Translations under genes and position numbers: made by a program
Notes under the pieces: model-generated
Told to the model about the DNA's origin: nothing
Database searches by the model: none
What the model saw: the letters and a program-made list of their open reading frames with translations, nothing else
Assembly: GCA_034669905.1 (NCBI GenBank)
Contig: JAXMOL010000084.1
Coordinates: forward strand, 1 to 17,692
Direction of reading: 5' to 3'
DNA from: Candidatus Hydrogenedentota bacterium
GTDB taxonomy: Bacteria > Hydrogenedentota > Hydrogenedentia > Hydrogenedentales > JAEUWI01
Length of the DNA stretch: 17,692 nucleotides
Shown here: positions 8,143-14,331 of the stretch, piece by piece
Layout: each line of letters starts with the position of its first letter
Position numbering within the stretch: position 1 is the first letter of the stretch

Positions 8143-8428
8143 CACGGAGTTCTTCGTAAAGTTGGGCGACGTCGTGGGCTCAGTGGGGAATGGTATAGCG
8201 TATCTCTTGGCCCTTCACCATGACGTATCTACGCCTTTCAGGGGCATCTTTGAGGGAGGAGACTTCGGATGCCGATCGGAAGCGCCTTACCGAAAACGGC
8301 GCCGTTCCCGTGAATCAGGCGATGGCGCCACAGGATTTGGTATTCCTGCCCCCGCTTTGCACACTTCCCGGCGCCCAATGTGCGGCGTAGTTCGACCGGC
8401 GCATCAAATTCGTGCTTTCGCTAAACAA

Positions 8429-8458
8429 TTGCACTGAAAGGTCTTCAACCACTACAAT
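8429..8458 (+). promoter_or_regulatory. Candidate sigma70 promoter of glyQS
   Basis: TTGCAC (8429-8434)-N18-TACAAT (8453-8458), 77 nt upstream of the GTG. Confidence 0.5.
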
Positions 8459-8535
8459 AGACCGCTTATACCCAAACCAAACTTTCGGCCATCAGGCCAT
8501 TTCTCACTTCACAAAAGTGCATACAGGAGTATATC

Positions 8536-9834
8536 GTGGACAAGCTGGTCAGCCTCTGCAAACGTAAGGGTTTTATCTTTCAATCGAGCGCCATTTATGG
8601 CGGTGTAAATGGCTGCTGGGACTTTGGTCCCCTGGGGGTGGAGCTCAAGCGCAATCTGAAAGACGACTGGTGGTTTAATTTCGTCCAGGTGCGCGACGAT
8701 ATCGTGGGCCTCGACGCCAGCATCATCATGCACCCCGACGTCTGGAAGGCCTCGGGCCACGTGGATGCCTTCCACGATGTGGTGGTGGACTGCACCGAGT
8801 GTAAGCACCGTTTCCGGGAAGATCACCTGGAAAAAGATGTGTGCCCTGATTGCGGCGGTAAGCTCACCGAGCCCATGCAGTTTAACAGCATGTTGCAGAC
8901 CCAACTCGGCGTCAACGAGGCGACGGCGGTGAACACCTATCTGCGCCCCGAGACCTGCCAGTCTATCTTTGTGAACTTCAAAGAAGTCTACTCTTCCAAC
9001 CGCTGTCAGATTCCCTTTGGTATTGCCCAGGTCGGTAAGGCCTTCCGCAATGAAGTGAACCCCCGGAATTTCATCTTCCGCAGCCGTGAATTCGAGCAGA
9101 TGGAAATCGAGTTCTTCTGTAAGGAAGAGGACGAAGAAGCCTGGTTCGAGAAGTGGCAGGCTGAAATCTGGAGCTGGTACCTCCGCCTCGGACTCCAGGA
9201 AGACAAAATGCGCTGGTACGAGCACCCGAAAGAATCGCTGGCTCACTATTCCAAGCGCACCGTCGATGTGGAATATGAATTCCCCTTCGGCTGGGGTGAG
9301 TTGCAGGGCCTCGCCAATCGCGGCACCTTTGACCTCAAGGCCCACACCGAAGCGTCGGGCAAGGACCTCTCCTTCTTCGACCAGCAGGCCAACGAGCGTT
9401 TCGTGCCCACCGTGCTCGAACCCTCCGCCGGTGCCGACCGGGCAACCCTGGCCGTCCTGTGCGCCGCCTATACCGAAGAAGAAGTCAATGGTGAGCAGCG
9501 TGTCGTCATGAAGTTCGCACCGAAGCTGGCTCCCATCAAGGCCGCTATCCTGCCCTTGGTCAAGAAAGACGGCATCGCCGAAATCGCTAAGGACCTGGAA
9601 AAGAAGCTGCGCCGCAAGTTCACCACCTATTACGACCAGGCCGGTGCCATTGGACGTCGCTACCGTCGTCAGGATGAAGTGGGTACGCCCTTCTGCATCT
9701 GTGTCGACTATGACACCAAAGAAGACAACACCGTTACGGTCCGCGACCGGGACACGATGGAGCAGGTGCGTATGCCCATTGACGAGGTGGCGGCCTTTAT
9801 CGAACCCAAGGTCTCTTTTGACGACATGGCATGA
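8536..9834 (+). CDS. glyQS: Glycine--tRNA ligase, homodimeric (alpha2) type, 432 aa
   Basis: LCKRKGFIFQSSAIYGG, YLRPETCQ, motif 2 FRNEVNPRNFIFRSREFEQME, motif 3 EPSAGADR, anticodon domain IGRRYRRQDEVGTPFC; GTG start with AGGAG SD. Confidence 0.97.
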   Translation: MDKLVSLCKRKGFIFQSSAIYGGVNGCWDFGPLGVELKRNLKDDWWFNFVQVRDDIVGLDASIIMHPDVWKASGHVDAFHDVVVDCTECKHRFREDHLEKDVCPDCGGKLTEPMQFNSMLQTQLGVNEATAVNTYLRPETCQSIFVNFKEVYSSNRCQIPFGIAQVGKAFRNEVNPRNFIFRSREFEQMEIEFFCKEEDEEAWFEKWQAEIWSWYLRLGLQEDKMRWYEHPKESLAHYSKRTVDVEYEFPFGWGELQGLANRGTFDLKAHTEASGKDLSFFDQQANERFVPTVLEPSAGADRATLAVLCAAYTEEEVNGEQRVVMKFAPKLAPIKAAILPLVKKDGIAEIAKDLEKKLRRKFTTYYDQAGAIGRRYRRQDEVGTPFCICVDYDTKEDNTVTVRDRDTMEQVRMPIDEVAAFIEPKVSFDDMA

Positions 9835-9918
9835 CCGGGGACGGCAGGTCTGTCACATTCCCCGTCCAAGGGGTATACTAAGGGGACGTGACCACAACAA
9901 CCCCACGTCTCGGACATT

Positions 9919-11022
9919 TTGAAAAAGAAGCAGATACAAAAAAAGAAACGCAAGCAGGTACGTACGCGGAATTGGGAGGAGGCCCATGAAACGGCCTTCA
10001 CCCATGACCGTGCACGGCATCGGCGTGCCCAAACGGCGATTTCAGACGCCGCCGTGGAGTCGAACAGCCTCCCCGAAGACTTTGAGACCAATGCGCTCGT
10101 CATCTCCCATTCCAAAAAGTGGGCCTTCGTCCTGAAAGACGGGCAGGAGGAACTTTGTCTCATCGATGAGCGCCTCAAGGAATCCAATGCCACTCTGCTG
10201 GCCCCCGGAGACAATGTCTTTGTGGAGCGAGAGGCCGAAAAGTGGTTCGTCCGGGGGGTGGGGCCCCGGGACACCCGTCTGAGCCGTCCCGGACACGAGC
10301 ATGATCGGCTCGACGAGCAGGTTTTTGCGGCCAATATCGACTGCCTCATCATTGTGGCCGCCGCAGCCAACCCACCCTTCCGAACCGGCCTGGTCGATCG
10401 CTATCTCATCGCGGCGGAAGTGGGGGGCGTGACGCCCATCGTGTGTGTCAACAAGATGGACCTCGTGGACGAAGAGCCGCCGGAGTTGAAAGACTATGAG
10501 GCCCTGGGCTTCCAGGTGGTGCGAACCAGTTGCGAGACAGGGGAAGGCCTCGATACGCTTCGAACGGCGCTGGCGGGGAAGCTCAGCATCCTCTCGGGCC
10601 ATAGCGGCGTGGGCAAGTCCACCCTGCTGAATGTGCTGGATGATAACCTGGAAGTTCATACCCAGGAAGTCAGCGATGTCTCCCAGCGGGGGCGCCACAC
10701 GACCACGGCCTCGCGTCTTTACGAGCTGGATGGCGGAATTCGCATTATTGATACACCAGGCATTCGGGCCTTGGGCGTGTGGGGCGTTTCCCCCGAAGAA
10801 GTGGCCTGGTTCTTTCCCGACCTTGCCCAATTGGGCGAGAATTGCTATTTTCGCAATTGCAGTCACACCCACGAGCCGGACTGTGCCGTGACCGAGGCCC
10901 TTGACGCCGGAAAACTCACGGCCTGGCGCTACGATTCCTACTTGCGCATCCGTGGCAGCATGGAAGAGGAACAAGAGGGCCCCTTCGGTGACAAGTACAG
11001 CCGGAAGTCCTCCGACTACTAA
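9919..11022 (+). CDS. rsgA: Ribosome small subunit-dependent GTPase A
   Basis: Circularly permuted GTPase motifs NKMD, GHSGVGKS, GRHTTT, DTPG and the Zn finger CYFRNCSHTHEPDC. The TTG start is uncertain. Confidence 0.95.
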   Translation: MKKKQIQKKKRKQVRTRNWEEAHETAFTHDRARHRRAQTAISDAAVESNSLPEDFETNALVISHSKKWAFVLKDGQEELCLIDERLKESNATLLAPGDNVFVEREAEKWFVRGVGPRDTRLSRPGHEHDRLDEQVFAANIDCLIIVAAAANPPFRTGLVDRYLIAAEVGGVTPIVCVNKMDLVDEEPPELKDYEALGFQVVRTSCETGEGLDTLRTALAGKLSILSGHSGVGKSTLLNVLDDNLEVHTQEVSDVSQRGRHTTTASRLYELDGGIRIIDTPGIRALGVWGVSPEEVAWFFPDLAQLGENCYFRNCSHTHEPDCAVTEALDAGKLTAWRYDSYLRIRGSMEEEQEGPFGDKYSRKSSDY

Positions 11023-11246
11023 GCCCCTTCCTTTCTCCGGACCGGCCCGAGTGTGCCCCCGATGGGCTCCATTTTTGGGACGCCTGTCCGAAATTCGGCT
11101 CTTTTTTCAAAGGAAATCCGCATACTCCCCAAGATGTGTTCCAATATGGACCTAAAGCGACCCTTTTCCGGTGGGGAGACCACTTTATGGTCAGAAGCGG
11201 CGGTCAGATAAGTACATGGGCGTGGCCTCAACGAGGTGGAGTTACG

Positions 11247-11435
11247 ATGGCGGTATTTGAGTTTAGCGCACTGTCTACGGACAGTCTCGAGGATCGCGCC
11301 GAAGGCACGGTTGTGGCCCCGGACAAGCTGGCGGCCTTTGACAAGTTGAAACGTTTGGAATATGATGACATTAGACTGAAGCCTTTGCATGGTGTCGAAG
11401 CGTTTTTTCGACAATGGACGGCCGACGTTTCCTAA
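11247..11435 (+). CDS. 62-aa hypothetical protein resembling the N-terminal domain of GspF/PilC
   Basis: GAGGTGGAG SD before ATG 11247; MAVFEFSALSTDSLEDRAEGTVVAPDKLAAFDKLKRLEYDDIRL follows the recalled M-x-x-F-x-[YF]-x-A...G-x-[IV]-x-A...A-x-x-x-L pattern. Confidence 0.65.
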   Translation: MAVFEFSALSTDSLEDRAEGTVVAPDKLAAFDKLKRLEYDDIRLKPLHGVEAFFRQWTADVS

Positions 11436-11485
11436 TTAAGACATATCAGGTTTCGCATGAGACCTTGGCGATCTTCGCACACACA

Positions 11486-11567
11486 TGTAGTTGACACAGG
11501 TGGCCCTCCCAAGTTACCTGTCAGACTACAACGCAGCACTCCCTGACAAACCCCCGGGGAGTGCTTG
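11486..11567 (+). ncRNA. Candidate structured small RNA or 3' element: two hairpins with C-rich loops
   Basis: Hairpin 1: TGTAGT..ACAGGTGGC / GTTACCTGT..ACTACA (11486-11530), loop CCTCCCAA. Hairpin 2: AGCACTCCCTG / CGGGGAGTGCT (11535-11565), loop ACAAACCCC. Confidence 0.35.
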
Positions 11568-11732
11568 TCGTATCTGGACGTATCGAAGTGTGGATGTCTT
11601 CCTGTACTGCAGGCGGCGATGGGGCCCATCGGGGGGCCGGGCAGGGGGCGAACCGCGGCACATATGTTCGGTAAAGGTTACTCACTTCTGAGTACACTGT
11701 GCCGTGTTATTGCCGGTAATGCCCGTGGGCTG

Positions 11733-11807
11733 TGTTGGGGTGTACTACATAAGCGGTTTGATGGGGCGGGCTTCTGTATACGCGGTGATTCGGGTATGGA
11801 ATATGCT
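11733..11807 (+). promoter_or_regulatory. Possible sigma54 promoter and enhancer-like dyad of the PEP-CTERM gene
   Basis: GG(11793-94)-N10-GC(11805-06) in GGGTATGGAATATGCT; TGT-N11-ACA at 11733-11749. Both are degenerate. Confidence 0.3.
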
Positions 11808-11856
11808 GCTTTTTTGCGGGGAAGTGAGGGGCCAACAACGAGAAGGAGGTGTACCC

Positions 11857-12678
11857 ATGCGATACAAATGGTTGTTCGTAGTAACGCTGCTTCTTGGAAT
11901 TTGGGACGTATCCGGACTGGCAGTGTATGACCTGGAAGTGGACGCCACGCTCTTCCCGGTGGGCGGAGCGGTGGATTTTCCGCCCGCCTATGACGCCCCG
12001 CCTGGTGGAATACGGAACGAAGTACCGATTACCAACCGACTGGGTTGGGCCCAGCCCGCTGGCGATTTGGATGTGTTTACCCTGGGTGGCGGAGACTTTC
12101 TCGCCACGGCCACGGCCACAGAGACCAAGCCTACACCCGGATTTCCGCTGGAAGGCCCCGATGGTTCCCTTGCTGTAGCGGGGTGGGCGGACTCTCCGCC
12201 CGATTCCTTTTCCCTTGCCGATGCTTCGGTAAACGACATGACGTTGCGTTTTTCCAACCGCGGCGGCGTGGATTTGTGGATTGATTGGGAACTCAAGGTG
12301 TCGTGGGACGTTATGGTAAGTGTAGACGACGCTGTTCAGGAATATGCCCATGCGGGGTTCTTCGTGGATGTGGCGGGTGCGGGTGTGAATACGTCGATAT
12401 CGCGATTCTGGACGGCAAACGACGCGGATGCAGGTATGGATTCGGTCATACTCTCGTTCCGGATTCCGCGTTATACGGTGAGTACGGTGATCATGAACAT
12501 GTGGGCCTTCGGCTATGCCGAATCCACGTTCCTGCCACCACCTCCACCGCCGCCGCCTCCGCCGCCACCGCCGCCACCACCTGATTACCCACCCGACCGG
12601 CCCATACCCGAGCCAGCGACGTTGCTGCTGTTTGGACTGGGGGTGACGATGCTCGCGACGGGCAGGCGCCGCGCATAG
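11857..12678 (+). CDS. PEP-CTERM sorting domain protein with a 16-proline linker, 273 aa
   Basis: AAGGAGGT SD before ATG 11857; signal peptide MRYKWLFVVTLLLGIWDVSGLA; C-terminal IPEPATLLLFGLGVTMLATGRRRA. Confidence 0.92.
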   Translation: MRYKWLFVVTLLLGIWDVSGLAVYDLEVDATLFPVGGAVDFPPAYDAPPGGIRNEVPITNRLGWAQPAGDLDVFTLGGGDFLATATATETKPTPGFPLEGPDGSLAVAGWADSPPDSFSLADASVNDMTLRFSNRGGVDLWIDWELKVSWDVMVSVDDAVQEYAHAGFFVDVAGAGVNTSISRFWTANDADAGMDSVILSFRIPRYTVSTVIMNMWAFGYAESTFLPPPPPPPPPPPPPPPPDYPPDRPIPEPATLLLFGLGVTMLATGRRRA

Positions 12679-12702
12679 TTTGTTGAAGTCCGGGGGAGGA
12701 GT

Positions 12703-12737
12703 GGGCAGGGTATTCTACGGAATGCCCTGCCCGTTTT
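12703..12737 (+). terminator. Intrinsic terminator of the PEP-CTERM gene
   Basis: 13-bp stem GGGCAGGGTATTC / GAATGCCCTGCCC with a c(UACG)g tetraloop, followed by GTTTT. Confidence 0.75.
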
Positions 12738-12803
12738 CGTGCGGGTGCACCCCTTGGGGGCGGTAGCCGACGCCCGATTTTTCCATGTTGTCTCCGATTT
12801 ATC

Positions 12804-12833
12804 TTGCAAGTCTGGCGCTCAGGTCGTTATGAT
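12804..12833 (+). promoter_or_regulatory. Candidate sigma70 promoter of the cation antiporter
   Basis: TTGCAA (12804-12809)-N18-TATGAT (12828-12833); implies a ~195-nt 5' leader. Confidence 0.5.
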
Positions 12834-12849
12834 CGGGGCCTGTAGAAAC

Positions 12850-12995
12850 GGGGTGACCCTCGCCCTCTCTTGCAGCGACCTGGCAGGAACAACGCAGCGC
12901 GGCGGGCCCCCCCAATCACGTCGTACCCACCGTGCGTGCGTAATCGTCTTGTTCTCGCCCACCCAGGTGTCTCAGCCCCCGTTGCGGGCCTGCCC
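12850..12995 (+). ncRNA. Candidate cation-sensing riboswitch-like leader (nhaA-I-like, possibly tandem)
   Basis: GGGTG-[TCGC..GCGA stem]-GGCAGG-N14-GCGGGCC (12851-12908) and a second CAGG-N15-GCGGGCC (12964-12989) upstream of a cation antiporter. The family resemblance is from memory only. Confidence 0.35.
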
Positions 12996-13034
12996 GGCTC
13001 AGCATTTAGTAGTAACCCGGAGACCTCGTATCCC

Positions 13035-13994
13035 ATGGAATATGTATTGCTGGTAGTGGGCCTGGCCCTCTTGGTGAAAGGGGCCGATTGGCTAGTTCGG
13101 GGGGCATCCTCGGTGGCCCGGCAACTCGAGATAAGTAATTTCGTGATCGGGCTGACGGTCGTATCCTTTGGAACGTCGTTGCCAGAGTTGGTCATCGGTA
13201 TTGTGGCGGGTGGACAGGGAAACTCCGATCTCTTCATCGGGAATATCATCGGAAGTAATATCGCCAATATCCTTTTGATTCTGGGGATATCCGCTATGAT
13301 CTGTCCCTTGCCCGCCGGTCGGGGAACGGTTTGGCGGGAGATTCCCTTTACCCTGGGGGCGGCGATTGTGTTCTTCTTCCTGGTAAATGACCAGCTCTTC
13401 GATGGGGAAGCCACCTCGCGATTGGGCCATATCGACGGGTTCGTCCTGCTCGCCTTTTTTTGTGCCTTTGTGTATTACGTCGCCCAGCTGATCAAGGACG
13501 ACAAGAATCAAGAGTGGGTGGGGGAGCAGGCCACCGACTCGACCCTGCGCTCTGTGATTGAAATTGTTGTGGGGATTGCCGGCCTGGTCATAGGTGGGCG
13601 TTTGGCAGTCAACAGCGCCGCATCGATAGCCGAGGCGATGGGGCTCAGCCAGGCCTTTATCGGGCTGACGGTGATCGCTATCGGTACTTCCCTGCCCGAA
13701 CTGGCCACGTCGGGGATGGCGGCCTACCGGAAAAACGTCGATATCGCCGTCGGCAATGTGGTGGGCTCGAATATCTTCAACATCTTCATCGTGGCCGGAC
13801 TTTCCAGCGCCATCAACGCCATGGACTACAACACCGCGAACAATATCGATTTCCTCATGATGATGGTCGCGACCCTGATTCTATTTGCCTTCATGTTTAC
13901 GGGTAAGCCCAAGAAGACGCTTCAGCGTCGGGAAGGCACCGTCATGGTCTTACTGTATTTCGCCTATATGGGCTTTCTGGTTTATCGCGGATAG
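13035..13994 (+). CDS. Calcium/sodium antiporter (CaCA family, YrbG-like), 319 aa
   Basis: Two alpha repeats GTSLPEL...GSNIANI and GTSLPEL...GSNIFNI; about 10 TM segments; start placed at ATG 13035 (MEYVLLVVGLALLVKGADWLV). Confidence 0.94.
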   Translation: MEYVLLVVGLALLVKGADWLVRGASSVARQLEISNFVIGLTVVSFGTSLPELVIGIVAGGQGNSDLFIGNIIGSNIANILLILGISAMICPLPAGRGTVWREIPFTLGAAIVFFFLVNDQLFDGEATSRLGHIDGFVLLAFFCAFVYYVAQLIKDDKNQEWVGEQATDSTLRSVIEIVVGIAGLVIGGRLAVNSAASIAEAMGLSQAFIGLTVIAIGTSLPELATSGMAAYRKNVDIAVGNVVGSNIFNIFIVAGLSSAINAMDYNTANNIDFLMMMVATLILFAFMFTGKPKKTLQRREGTVMVLLYFAYMGFLVYRG

Positions 13995-13995
13995 C

Positions 13996-14331
13996 GGGGA
14001 CTGCACCGACGTTGTGTCTTGATTACGGGGAAGGCACGTTTGGGCCGAAAGATTCGCCCGGATCAGGGTGGAAAAAGTGCTAGTCAGGGCCGTCCCCCTC
14101 TTCAACGTGACGACACGTTTGGGAGGGGGACGGCCCCGACTTTTCTCTGCCCTTGGTTAGGGGGCGTTGCGGTGTTTGCCACGGGGTTGTTGCAGGTATT
14201 TGCCGTGGGCTATGTCGAGGCAGTCCCCGGGGACGGCCCCGACTTTTCTCTGCCCTTGGTTAGGGGGCGTTGCGGTGTTTGCCACGGGGTTGTTGCAGGT
14301 ATTTGCCGTGGGCTATGTCAGTGCAGTCCCC
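13996..14331. mobile_element. Composite of three ~103-bp MITE/REPIN-like units (13996-14097 inverted; 14126-14228 and 14229-14331 in tandem)
   Basis: Each unit is bounded by GGGGAC...GTCCCC 15-bp imperfect inverted ends; the last two units are 100/103 identical; the 28-bp spacer between units 1 and 2 is itself a hairpin (AACGTG-ACGA-CACGTT). Confidence 0.85.

Noticed and set aside
8150..8535. T-box riboswitch or hidden gene upstream of glyQS
   Set aside because: No T-box (AGGGTGGNACCGCG-like) motif or terminator before the gene; a promoter-like box lies only 77 nt upstream; the 91-aa ORF lacks support.
9919..10085. Basic N-terminal extension of RsgA as a novelty
   Set aside because: Long-form RsgA proteins such as E. 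coli's already carry a basic N-terminal extension.
8509..10974. Long minus-strand ORFs 8509-9345, 9708-10370 and 10042-10974
   Set aside because: Antisense to glyQS and rsgA, which have unambiguous family motifs.
11704..13034. Upstream-extended starts given by the ORF track for PEP-CTERM (11704) and antiporter (12870)
   Set aside because: Downstream ATGs (11857, 13035) have SD-like sequences and begin exactly at the signal peptide or first TM helix.
13996..14331. Regularly spaced conserved motifs with ~73-nt interiors as a CRISPR array
   Set aside because: Ends are inverted rather than direct repeats, interiors are homologous or identical to each other, copies are dispersed, and no cas genes are present.
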